IMG/VR virus record: IMGVR_UViG_3300035703_004076
Span: 4,181-68,180 of that record
Source of the DNA: a virus
Direction: 5' to 3' (one strand)
DNA: 64,000 bases
Part shown: positions 1 to 9,310 of the stretch, in pieces
Numbering within the stretch: the first letter of the stretch is position 1
Layout of the letters: the number at the start of each line of letters is the position of its first letter
Translations under genes and position numbers: made by a program
The notes under the pieces: model-generated
Seen by the model: only the letters and a program-made list of their open reading frames with translations
Told to the model about the DNA's origin: nothing
The model's database searches: none

Positions 1-311
1 GCTATCTGCACTAAGTTATTGAGAGCTTCAACACTACGCTCTGTAATCGTGTAGAGATTTGTGCGAATGTACTGATAGTCTGTGTTCAAGTCTTGCTCAG
101 TCTGTGGCGCAGTGACTGGCGCTTTTTCATCGAGCTTAATCGGGGCTTGAGCTTTGTACTCACCATTAGAAACTGGCTGAACTGGAATAGCAGCGACTTG
201 CTCTGGCGTCGGCACAAAAGCGTTTGTGTGAATCGCTTTTAAGTCATCTTCAGTAGCAACAAGTGTGTCACTATCATCATTTTCGTATTGAGCAATAATG
301 TTCTTTGTCAT
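1..311 (-). CDS. gp16: Terminase small subunit (T4 gp16-like), 5' part, runs off the window edge
   Basis: Manual translation MTKNIIAQ...DLNTDYQYIRTNLYTITERSVEALNNLVQIA matches the gp16 DYxYxRxNL...EAL pattern; follows gp15 as in T4. Confidence 0.8.
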   Translation of the reverse strand, partial: MTKNIIAQYENDDSDTLVATEDDLKAIHTNAFVPTPEQVAAIPVQPVSNGEYKAQAPIKLDEKAPVTAPQTEQDLNTDYQYIRTNLYTITERSVEALNNLVQI

Positions 312-319
312 TCACTAAT

Positions 320-1219
320 TTATGCCAACTTTGGTCGTCCTACTTTTCCAAGATCCTTAACGCTCTTTGGTTTGAGTGATATTGCAGCGTCTACGTCAGT
401 GCCAGAGTGTGGATCGTAAATCTTTCCATCGACAAACGATTCAAGATCAATAGTGTATCCAAAATCATCGTCTTGATAGTTATCTTTTGGTGACTCAGGT
501 GTTGCTGTAATTCTCGTAATGCGGGGTATGCTTGACAGCACTTCGTCTTTTTCTAAGTCTTGTGTCAAGTATGCAGCATGAATGTCTGTTTGTACTTTTG
601 TGACAACTTTCTTCTCAACAACAGGTCCGTAGAAGATAGCGTTAATGTCAAAGTTGATTGTCCAGACGATGTTTCGGCGTTGCTTCCAGTCATCTTCGTA
701 GTTGTCTGCCATTGATACTGACACGAGTGTGATTGCTACGTCATCTGTATAATTCATGCCAGGAATTGAGTCCATCGTGATGGTGTATGCTGGCGTAAAG
801 TACGGTAGTATTTGCTCGACTATTTGATTTGCATCATCAACATACTTTGACAGTATTGAGAGTTGCATGGTTATCTTGTACGGCACGCCTTGATATTGAC
901 GTATGACGTAGTTTTGATTGCCATCAATTGGTTGTACGTTGCGTTTGATTGTGTTGAGCTTGCGTGTTGAGTCATACTGAAGTGCGCTGATTTCAAATGA
1001 AATGGCAGGAAACTTAAATGCGAATCCTCGTGCTAAATCTGGATCTTCTGCGAGTCGCACAAGAAACTTTTCTGCCGGCCCATAAACAAGCGGCACTTTG
1101 ATGCGCTCTTTCTCAGTGCCAGATGGATGTGTTCGTATCACATAGATGCTCGAAAAGATTTTGCCAAATCCAGCAACGATCTTTTTTAGTGTTGAGTGAT
1201 AGAACGTGTGTCTGAACAT
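320..1219 (-). CDS. gp15: Tail sheath stabilizer/completion protein (T4 gp15-like)
   Basis: FYHSTLKK..GFGKIF, KVPLVYGPAEKF, QIVEQILPYFTP motifs; gp13-14-15 synteny. Confidence 0.93.
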   Translation of the reverse strand: MFRHTFYHSTLKKIVAGFGKIFSSIYVIRTHPSGTEKERIKVPLVYGPAEKFLVRLAEDPDLARGFAFKFPAISFEISALQYDSTRKLNTIKRNVQPIDGNQNYVIRQYQGVPYKITMQLSILSKYVDDANQIVEQILPYFTPAYTITMDSIPGMNYTDDVAITLVSVSMADNYEDDWKQRRNIVWTINFDINAIFYGPVVEKKVVTKVQTDIHAAYLTQDLEKDEVLSSIPRITRITATPESPKDNYQDDDFGYTIDLESFVDGKIYDPHSGTDVDAAISLKPKSVKDLGKVGRPKLA

Positions 1220-2058
1220 TAGAAGTCTTCCTCAGAAAACGGATTGTGTTCAGTGAAGTAAATGACAGAGTTTTCATCAAACTCTTTGTTTTGCCCTTCG
1301 TGTGCATCTTCTTCAACGTTTGCTGTAAGAGCATACTCAGCGTTTTGACCTTTAATTGTTCCGTGCTGAATGTCAAAGTCTCCAAAAACATCTTTTAGAG
1401 TGAGATGTCCATCGTGATACGAGACAACAATTCCTTTTGCGTGTGCTCCAATAATTGACTCACCTTGATATGCAACTTCGCCAATCTCAAACTCACCTTC
1501 ACCTTCACTAAGGTCTATTGCCAGGTGTTGTTCACCTCGTGTGCCAACATCATCAACTTCATCGATGCCAGTCTTAATATCTTCATTAGCAGGCGCAAAC
1601 AACTCGCACTGTAGATCGTATATGTAGAACTCACCAAGATTAAAGAATACGCTATCTTCTTTCACAAACTTGATTTCATAGAGACCAGTCGCAGTGCTCA
1701 TTGGTAAGTATATGAGATCACCCTCTCGTGGTCGAATGAACTCTTTGCCAAGTATTTTGTGAAAGCTCGACCGTGATACAGAGAATGTGATTTGATTGTT
1801 AATCTCAAGACCAAACTTTTTGAAGATGTCTTGATCGCCATCAAACGAGTCGATGTTTTTCACATACACTTCGAGAATGTGATAGTCATTGAAGTGTGCA
1901 AGCACATCTTCTCGAAACACAGCGTCTATCTTCTCTTGTTTTCTTGGAATGTACACAGCATTGATGCCGTGTATCTTTACGGCTTCTTCTACTAGCTGTT
2001 GAACGAGCTGTTGTTCGTTTTTTTGGTGATAGAGATTGAAATACTTGTTTGTTGCCAC
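1219..2058 (-). CDS. gp14: Neck protein (T4 gp14-like)
   Basis: EQQLVQQLVEEAVKIHG..YIPR, KFGLEI, RPREGDLIY motifs. Confidence 0.93.
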   Translation of the reverse strand: MATNKYFNLYHQKNEQQLVQQLVEEAVKIHGINAVYIPRKQEKIDAVFREDVLAHFNDYHILEVYVKNIDSFDGDQDIFKKFGLEINNQITFSVSRSSFHKILGKEFIRPREGDLIYLPMSTATGLYEIKFVKEDSVFFNLGEFYIYDLQCELFAPANEDIKTGIDEVDDVGTRGEQHLAIDLSEGEGEFEIGEVAYQGESIIGAHAKGIVVSYHDGHLTLKDVFGDFDIQHGTIKGQNAEYALTANVEEDAHEGQNKEFDENSVIYFTEHNPFSEEDF

Positions 2059-2061
2059 ATT

Positions 2062-3300
2062 CTATCCTACAATAAAATCTGGAGGTAACTGAAACTCTTT
2101 CTTGATGCGTTCTTTAAGAACATCAAGCTCTGCTTTAGCTTCATCGTAGAGTTGTTGTCCGTTTAGTGTTACGCCACCGGGCAGCCCAATACCACTAAAC
2201 TTCTTCATGTTTGTGCCCCACTGAAGTTTAATGAGCGCACACGCATACTCACGAACGAATTCGTCCATGTAAATTTCTTTGTATGTTGATGGATCGAGCG
2301 CAACCCACGCTTCAAATATGACGTACTGATCTACAGTCCAGTCTTGCAAGTCAAGAAACACTTTGTCAGTTTTGCGATTGAAGCGAATGCCTTTTGTTCC
2401 ACGAAACATGAACTCCCATGTGGAGATGTATCGCTTGTATATGTCATACGTCACAAGATCCGTCGATGCAAGATTGAACATATTGTGAAGTGCAAACTGA
2501 TACTGAAAGTCAAACATTCCACCTAAGTTTCCGCCGATTGTCGATGACTGTTGAGGAATGACGTTTGTAACGCTGATGACTTTTTGATCTAGTGTGACAT
2601 ACTTGTTGTCAACATCACCAAACGTTGATTTAAGAACTTTTGCTTTTTCCGTTTGACCAGAAACAGAGACGGTTTCTCCTTCTTTGAACGCTACGCCGTT
2701 GGTTGATTTGAAACGTATGATTCGATTATCAACGGTTTTGTCGTATGCTGTTCCTGTTGCGCCACTCTCATCACCTACTAATACAACACCACGAATAACA
2801 TCTGCTGTATAGTCTGTTTCTAGCTTGAGGGTCGATGCAGTAATTCTGTGTTTAAGATAGCACCGTTCAACACCATCAAAGTGATAGTCTCGAAAGTACA
2901 TAAGTGCTTCATCAATACGATCTTCTACTTGATCGTCGTCTACGTTAATTTCTATAACTGGTGCACCAAGTCTGCGTAAACACCAATGAATGAGTTCTGT
3001 TCGCCCTAAGTTTGATGTGATTCCATCAGAGTCTACTGAGTTGTCTGTAGAATCAAAAACATCAAGAAGGTAACTGACAAGAATAACATCTCCAGTCTGT
3101 GGAGGAACAGTAAATGTTATCACTGCGCCTGCAAGAACGTAGTCATTTGTTTCTTGTTGTGATGATGCGTTTTGCAGAACACCGTTCAAAAACACTTGCT
3201 CAGTGTTTGGGTTTGGTATATTTGCCAAAGTGAATGTAGTGTTTGTTGAGTCTATTGGCCCCGTAGGTTTTTCTCTACAAACGAATGACTGTGTTGGCAT
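2062..3300 (-). CDS. gp13: Neck protein (T4 gp13-like) with an extra ~77-aa N-terminal beta domain
   Basis: CLRRLGAPVIEINVDDDQVEDRIDEAL..YHFDG and QWGTNMKKFSGIGLPGGVTLNG; N-terminal RExPxG..NTTFTL..EQVFLNG..DY..ITF..P..GD.ILVSY module. Confidence 0.93.
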   Translation of the reverse strand: MPTQSFVCREKPTGPIDSTNTTFTLANIPNPNTEQVFLNGVLQNASSQQETNDYVLAGAVITFTVPPQTGDVILVSYLLDVFDSTDNSVDSDGITSNLGRTELIHWCLRRLGAPVIEINVDDDQVEDRIDEALMYFRDYHFDGVERCYLKHRITASTLKLETDYTADVIRGVVLVGDESGATGTAYDKTVDNRIIRFKSTNGVAFKEGETVSVSGQTEKAKVLKSTFGDVDNKYVTLDQKVISVTNVIPQQSSTIGGNLGGMFDFQYQFALHNMFNLASTDLVTYDIYKRYISTWEFMFRGTKGIRFNRKTDKVFLDLQDWTVDQYVIFEAWVALDPSTYKEIYMDEFVREYACALIKLQWGTNMKKFSGIGLPGGVTLNGQQLYDEAKAELDVLKERIKKEFQLPPDFIVG

Positions 3301-3302
3301 AA

Positions 3303-5984
3303 CTAAGAGCCTCTATTTTCTAACGCAGCTATTTTTTGTTGCAGAGTTTTTATCTGCTCTTGTTGCTCTTTGATTGCTGTTATCAAGTATGGAACAAGCC
3401 CTGAATAATTTACTGACTGATATATTTTTTGCCCATCTTTCTCTTCATCCTTGTTGCCATCAACCACAGAAGGAATAACTTCTGCCACTTCATGTGCAAT
3501 AAGTCCGCAAATTTTTTCATCTCGGACTGTACCATCAAAGTCTTTAGGATTGTACATGACTGGTCTTAATTGACTTATGAGTGCTAGGCTTGCATCAACC
3601 GACTCTACGTTTGCTTTTAGTCTATAGTCTGATGCTGTTCCTAAAACAACTTTATTAACATTGTCTACATGGCCATAAATGTATGGAGATGCCCAAGTCA
3701 GAGCAATCCAGTTACCGGCGGTACCGTGCGATGTTGCTACGGTAGGATATGCAATTCCTTCACCTCTTACTATACTTCTCCATGAACCTATAGTATTGTC
3801 TATATCCGCATTTCCGAATGACCTAAGGTATGAGGCATACAGCGAACCGCCCACAGTAAATTCGTTTGTCTCTAAATTTATTTGCACTGGATATGGGGGA
3901 CCAAGCCAAGATGTTGTGTTACTGCCAGTACCTCTGAGAATGTATAGTATATTACTATTGCAGTGTATCATAGCACTGCGATTGTCTGTGTCTTTGAAGT
4001 GAATGGTAGGTGCCGAGTTGTTGATGGTAAAATTTCCAGCAATATCTAAATTGCCTGTATCGGCCAAGAACATACGTTGATATGCACCGCCAGAGGCCGG
4101 ATAGCTCCAGAACCCTAGCCCATTTCCGTACTGCCCTGTCATGTTATAAATTGTCCAGTTAATTGCAGCAGCACCAGTTTTAGCAGGATTGTATATAATA
4201 ATTCTGCCACCCTCGGCACTATTCACAGATGATGTAATTGAGCCATACACCGTCGAGTCGCCAGATGTTACTGTATGAGCACTAAAATTGATTTGACCTG
4301 TATTGCCTATGGTCATTCGAGTCAAATTGTTTGTGCCAAAAACAATTGGAGTGTTTGCTCTATTCCACATATAGGCTTGATTGTCAGTTCCTTGACCAAT
4401 ATACAATTCCGCAGATGCTGCGTTATTGTTTGCTCGAAATGTTATTGCAGCCGCAGAATTTGTAGGCGATTGAATTGTTATTCGTTCATTCGGTGTCGTT
4501 GTTCCTAAACCAAGTTTTGCTGACGATAAAGGTATATTGAGATTGCCGCCCAGTTGTATGCTGTTTGAGTTTAGGTCAACTTGCAGTGGATGATAGCCGT
4601 TGACTTGTGTCCAGCTTGTTGACCCTTTTGCACCTCTGAGTAAGTAAAACGTACCTGCGGTGTTTAAGAAAAATGCGCTATTAGTTGCTGCGGCAGTATT
4701 TCTATCCAAAAAGCTAATGAGAGGATCTGACGAAGAAATTGACTGATTTCCTTCAAACAAGGCAGATCCCGATACATGAAGTCTTGCTGTAGGAGTTGCA
4801 ACACCAATTCCTACATTTCCTGAGTTTGTAATTTTAATGCCGCTTGCTGACGCTGAGTGAGGTGCCAACACGAGATTTCCTGTGTCTCGACTACCCGCAG
4901 TAAATATCAATCCCTGATCACCCGCAACTGATATAGGATTATAGCTGCCGTTGCCAAGTAATGGCGTAAACCATAGTGCTCTACCGGTAGTGTCTTTGGC
5001 AGTAAACGCTGTTGTAATAATCTGATCTGGTATAGTCGATGTAATACCAGTTGTTCCTAAAACTGACAGTCCTGTGTCTGTAATAATAGCTCTTTGTGTT
5101 CCATCAACATCAAAACCAATATACGAATTTGCTGCAACGTTATCTGGATCTGCTTGTAGTACAACAGCACCTACTGCACCATTACTGCTTATTTGCCCAT
5201 ATACTGTAGAAGCGCCGTCACTATCCTCAAGCCTAATTCTTGGCTGTGCGCTCTTTATATGTAATGTTTGTTGGGGTGATGTGGTTCCTATTCCTACTTT
5301 ACCGTCACTTGTGATTGAAACACGTTCTGTGTTTAGTGTTCCAGAATTCTCATTTGATATGTGAAGTTTTCCATCGTTTGCTTCTGATGTAATGTGCCAG
5401 TTGTTTGTTGTAGTGGCATGAGTTCCTATCTGCACTTTGCTGGCAGAAAACTTTTTAAGACCAGCAAAAGTTTGTTCTTCTATAGTAACAACACCTCTTG
5501 CGGTAGAACTAGCATCAGGAAGATTGATTGTTTTTACTATAGTATTTGCTCCAAGTTCGCCTGAAGCTCCAGCAGCACCTACAGATATGTTAAAGTCTGT
5601 TCCCGAATTGCCCACAACAATATCAATCGCAGTGTTTTTAACAAACTCAACATCATTCTTGAGTGCTCTGTATGATGTTGCGGTGATGACTTGATTATCT
5701 GACGTTGGATTTGCAACAAGTGTAAGTGTGCTAAGATTGAGTGCACCTAAAGTGAGAGTGCTATCGGAGCCAAGAGAGAGTTGTACTGTGGACCAAGTGT
5801 CTGTGCCAGTCTTGCGCTTAAATTGATTTGTTTCTGGATCAAATGCAACGGTGCCTAATGGAACGTTTGTCCACGTACCGTCATTCAAAGATAGCTTTGC
5901 AAGAGCCGCAATCTTGTTGTTGATGAGTGTTACAATTTCGTCCGAAGACTGTGTTTGGAGAGGCTTTGTAAAATCTGCTACCAT
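3303..5984 (-). CDS. Tail fibre protein with C-terminal intramolecular chaperone (peptidase S74)
   Basis: GxVGIGTTxP..LHI repeats; SDYRLKANV...GLIAHEV..V...VNYSGLVPYL + coiled-coil C-terminus. Confidence 0.85.
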   Translation of the reverse strand: MVADFTKPLQTQSSDEIVTLINNKIAALAKLSLNDGTWTNVPLGTVAFDPETNQFKRKTGTDTWSTVQLSLGSDSTLTLGALNLSTLTLVANPTSDNQVITATSYRALKNDVEFVKNTAIDIVVGNSGTDFNISVGAAGASGELGANTIVKTINLPDASSTARGVVTIEEQTFAGLKKFSASKVQIGTHATTTNNWHITSEANDGKLHISNENSGTLNTERVSITSDGKVGIGTTSPQQTLHIKSAQPRIRLEDSDGASTVYGQISSNGAVGAVVLQADPDNVAANSYIGFDVDGTQRAIITDTGLSVLGTTGITSTIPDQIITTAFTAKDTTGRALWFTPLLGNGSYNPISVAGDQGLIFTAGSRDTGNLVLAPHSASASGIKITNSGNVGIGVATPTARLHVSGSALFEGNQSISSSDPLISFLDRNTAAATNSAFFLNTAGTFYLLRGAKGSTSWTQVNGYHPLQVDLNSNSIQLGGNLNIPLSSAKLGLGTTTPNERITIQSPTNSAAAITFRANNNAASAELYIGQGTDNQAYMWNRANTPIVFGTNNLTRMTIGNTGQINFSAHTVTSGDSTVYGSITSSVNSAEGGRIIIYNPAKTGAAAINWTIYNMTGQYGNGLGFWSYPASGGAYQRMFLADTGNLDIAGNFTINNSAPTIHFKDTDNRSAMIHCNSNILYILRGTGSNTTSWLGPPYPVQINLETNEFTVGGSLYASYLRSFGNADIDNTIGSWRSIVRGEGIAYPTVATSHGTAGNWIALTWASPYIYGHVDNVNKVVLGTASDYRLKANVESVDASLALISQLRPVMYNPKDFDGTVRDEKICGLIAHEVAEVIPSVVDGNKDEEKDGQKIYQSVNYSGLVPYLITAIKEQQEQIKTLQQKIAALENRGS

Positions 5985-5995
5985 AGGTTATACAC

Positions 5996-6478
5996 CTAGT
6001 CCTTGTCTTTTTTGACTTTCTTTGGCGGCAGTCGTCTCTCCCTCTCGTTAGAAAAAATGAGTATCAAGTCTTTCAGCACCGAATGGTTGCTGATTCTGTC
6101 CATGTTTTCCAAAATCGATTTCATCTCAGTTAGAGCGATGAAACCACTAACAATACTTTCTACCGGAAAGTCGAAGCCTACCAGTAAGTATTTATGTACA
6201 ACGTAAGTTACAATGATTGTGGTGCAGTAAACGAACGTTTTTGCTATTGTTCGTGACAGCGCCGAGCTAGTGATGCGTTCTTTTTCTTTGAGTGAAGCAA
6301 GTATACCAGTCACTAAATCCACAAATATCAAGAACATAACAGCAAAAATCACAGTAGCAATAGGAGCTAAAAATGCTGCTATAAGAAGCATAGCACTCTT
6401 AAACAGACCAGTAGCAGAAAAGTTATCTGCTACTGATTGAGCATACTCTTTTAGTATGTCGTAAAAGTGATGTTTCAT
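5996..6478 (-). CDS. Holin, Phage_holin_4_1-like
   Basis: 3-4 hydrophobic helices, DLVTGI..A....I.S..L.RT..K, E.KSILEN motif, basic C-tail. Confidence 0.75.
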   Translation of the reverse strand: MKHHFYDILKEYAQSVADNFSATGLFKSAMLLIAAFLAPIATVIFAVMFLIFVDLVTGILASLKEKERITSSALSRTIAKTFVYCTTIIVTYVVHKYLLVGFDFPVESIVSGFIALTEMKSILENMDRISNHSVLKDLILIFSNERERRLPPKKVKKDKD

Positions 6479-6511
6479 CGTAGAGACTCCTAAGAGACTG
6501 TGTGTTATATT

Positions 6512-9289
6512 TTATGATAATCCAAATTGTGTTTTATAGTAGGCGTGTATGCTTTGAATTTCAGCATCAGATAAGCATCTTGGGAAAATTAACACAACGT
6601 AGATTTCTCCATTTGTAGACCAGTTTTCTGATGGGCCTGTTATTCGAGATCCTATTCTTAATTCGTTTGATCCTGTATAAAGCACCGAAGGTGTCTGAGA
6701 TCCAATATATTCACCATTTCTATAAAAATTCTCTTGGCCTGTTGTGTTATTATACGATACTGCCAACCCATATGTTGTGTTTGTTGCAAGGTTTGCCGTT
6801 GCTGATGCTCCTCCAGAACCCCATCTATGTGCTCCTAAATTATTAGCGTTTGTTGCAAGTCCCCAAGACTGTGCTGTTGAATTAACGCCCCAATGAACAA
6901 TATGTTTCAAAAATGCACTGAGATCTGTAGGTGTTTTACAATATGCTATTACCGTTCTGTTTGTATTTCCTGTAGGTATATTTGCGAGAGACGTAGCACT
7001 ACCCATAGCATCTCCTCCGACAAATTTAATGCCCGATGTGATTGCGTTGTATGAATAGTTTCCGCTCAAAGTGACGTGATTTGCTGATGATGAAATATCA
7101 AACCATGTTGCGCCAGATCCTGGATAGCTATCATTTTTTGTAGAGTTGATATGAAATACAGCTTCATTTAACAAGTCTGCAATAACAGGATTGTAGGCAT
7201 TCCATCGTGCATTGAGATATGATTCTACTTGCTTTATTTCTTTTGTGTTTAGTGTCTTACTAAAGTATAAGTGCTCGCATATTTTTCCAGCAAATGGTCC
7301 TGATGTTCCATTAGTTTGAGTTCCAAAACTAAACCAAGTGTCTGCAACACTTGCCGATCTGGTGAGTGATGCCTGATAAATTTGCAGCCCGTTGTTTCGT
7401 ATTGTGAATGTTCCTGCCGACCCTGCAACTCCGTTGTGTTGAAACGTAAGAATTAATGTGCCCGACGGCGGCATAAAATTGGTTGTGTCTACAATAGCAT
7501 TTGAACATATTCTCAGCTTTCTTCCTGAGCTATTCAAAAACCTAACAGCATCACCCTGAGCCCCAGTTGCGTTGTTGAGTCCGTAAGTGTAGATAGTCCC
7601 ATCTCCAAAAGTCGAGTAATTCACGACATGGAATATTGTAAATGGTTTGTTGGTATTGTAATTAGACCATGAGTTGTATATTACATCGTCAACACCATCG
7701 AATGATACAGCAGCACGACCATTAACTCCGTTAACTCCGGTTCTCACTAATGGACGTTTTGTCGAATCTGTCTGTGCTATATTTCGTCGATTAACCGATT
7801 GATCTTGCCATACAGCAAGTCCAGTGCTATCGGCGGTGATTGCGTTGTTATTTATATCAAAAATCCCTGCATCTGCTTTAAGCCAAAGCTCAAGTCCAGA
7901 TATGTTTGCTGGAAATTGTTCTGTGTAAAACTGTGATTTTCCTGCATTATAGTTTTGAGTAACTTCTGATGCAGTAAGTTCTTTGTTGTATACGAAAGCG
8001 GACGCCAACTGTCCGTTGAATCCGTTTGATCCCAAAGCATATGATCCTATAAATAAAGGACCTCCGCTATGATTGAAATTTGTTTTGTATGAGCTGTTAG
8101 TGGCTTCTAGTTGACCATTAACATACAAGTTAAACCCATTTGTTGTGCTAAATGTTACAGTAACGTTGTACCATTTGTGAGTTTCTATTGTTGTGGTGCT
8201 TGCAATATGTGTCCAAGTGCTATTGTGTCCTGCCAGAAATTTGTTACTATAAATTTCCCATCCTGAAGGTCCCCAAAATGCGTGTGGCGAAGAGTCGTTT
8301 CCGCTTATCAAGTTCTTAAACCCATTCAAGTTATTGAACTTTACCCACACAGATTTTGTATATGGTGAGTTTGCTATGATTGAAGAGCCATTAGCTACTG
8401 TGCCATATGTAGATTCTGCAAACGTCAATTTGCCATCTGAGTATGTGGGTGTGGTATTTAATGTAACGTTGTTGTTACTGCCACTAATATCAGACCACGT
8501 GGTTCCAGACCCAGAATAGCTAACAGAATCTCCAGCATCAATGTGAAGTTTCAGATTAGTTCCTGCAACAATATACCGAGTCTTGAAGTAGTCATACATT
8601 GAACTAACTTCAGCAGCACTTAATGACTTGTTGTAGAGTAATGCGGCTCCGTATTTTCCTTGAAATACTCTCGCAGCGCCGTTGTCCCACCCGAGACGAA
8701 GCGTGGCTAGGGGAACTGTTCCAATAGCGGCGGTGTATACGTTTCCTGCCGTTCCGTTTATGTATGGCGTAATGTTAGATGCAGTAACGACAAGCGTAAC
8801 TAATGACCATTGATTTGCAGGAACAATTATGCCTGTGTTAAATGTATATTGTGTGCCATTGTAAATGAATCGTAAAGTTGTGTTTCCGTCTCCAGAAAAT
8901 TGAAGTCCTGTTCCGTTATTTCCTACGGATCTATCAATTACAATACCTGCATATGCAGATTGCGTTGATCTAGGGTTTATCCATGCCATTATGGTGAACG
9001 TGTTTGTTGTCAGGGCAGACGATAATGTGGTTTGTGCCGGAGTATTGGTGGCATCCGCAGACATCACTAAATGACCTCCATATCGGTTAGCATAGCCAAC
9101 AATAGTGGAATTCAAAGTAGCGGCGTTTTTGTTTGATGACAAGTCTTGCCAAACAGCCCCTGCTCCAGGATAGCTGTTTGGATCATTTGCATCAAAGTAT
9201 GCAACTAGACTGTCAGTAACAGGAATCGATAGGCGATTTTTTTTCTTTGCGGCAGTTTTGCCAACTGTGGCCCCAAACGATAATGGCAT
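6512..9289 (-). CDS. Multi-LamG/concanavalin-like lectin domain virion protein (putative adhesin), 4 domains
   Basis: Repeated L..xDA....SYxGxGxxWxDLS and YN+xLxxxEVxxxY units; one LELWLKADAG-type unit; N-terminus MPLSF. Confidence 0.8.
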   Translation of the reverse strand: MPLSFGATVGKTAAKKKNRLSIPVTDSLVAYFDANDPNSYPGAGAVWQDLSSNKNAATLNSTIVGYANRYGGHLVMSADATNTPAQTTLSSALTTNTFTIMAWINPRSTQSAYAGIVIDRSVGNNGTGLQFSGDGNTTLRFIYNGTQYTFNTGIIVPANQWSLVTLVVTASNITPYINGTAGNVYTAAIGTVPLATLRLGWDNGAARVFQGKYGAALLYNKSLSAAEVSSMYDYFKTRYIVAGTNLKLHIDAGDSVSYSGSGTTWSDISGSNNNVTLNTTPTYSDGKLTFAESTYGTVANGSSIIANSPYTKSVWVKFNNLNGFKNLISGNDSSPHAFWGPSGWEIYSNKFLAGHNSTWTHIASTTTIETHKWYNVTVTFSTTNGFNLYVNGQLEATNSSYKTNFNHSGGPLFIGSYALGSNGFNGQLASAFVYNKELTASEVTQNYNAGKSQFYTEQFPANISGLELWLKADAGIFDINNNAITADSTGLAVWQDQSVNRRNIAQTDSTKRPLVRTGVNGVNGRAAVSFDGVDDVIYNSWSNYNTNKPFTIFHVVNYSTFGDGTIYTYGLNNATGAQGDAVRFLNSSGRKLRICSNAIVDTTNFMPPSGTLILTFQHNGVAGSAGTFTIRNNGLQIYQASLTRSASVADTWFSFGTQTNGTSGPFAGKICEHLYFSKTLNTKEIKQVESYLNARWNAYNPVIADLLNEAVFHINSTKNDSYPGSGATWFDISSSANHVTLSGNYSYNAITSGIKFVGGDAMGSATSLANIPTGNTNRTVIAYCKTPTDLSAFLKHIVHWGVNSTAQSWGLATNANNLGAHRWGSGGASATANLATNTTYGLAVSYNNTTGQENFYRNGEYIGSQTPSVLYTGSNELRIGSRITGPSENWSTNGEIYVVLIFPRCLSDAEIQSIHAYYKTQFGLS

Positions 9290-9310
9290 AGTGTCACCTA
9301 GTTCCTAAAA

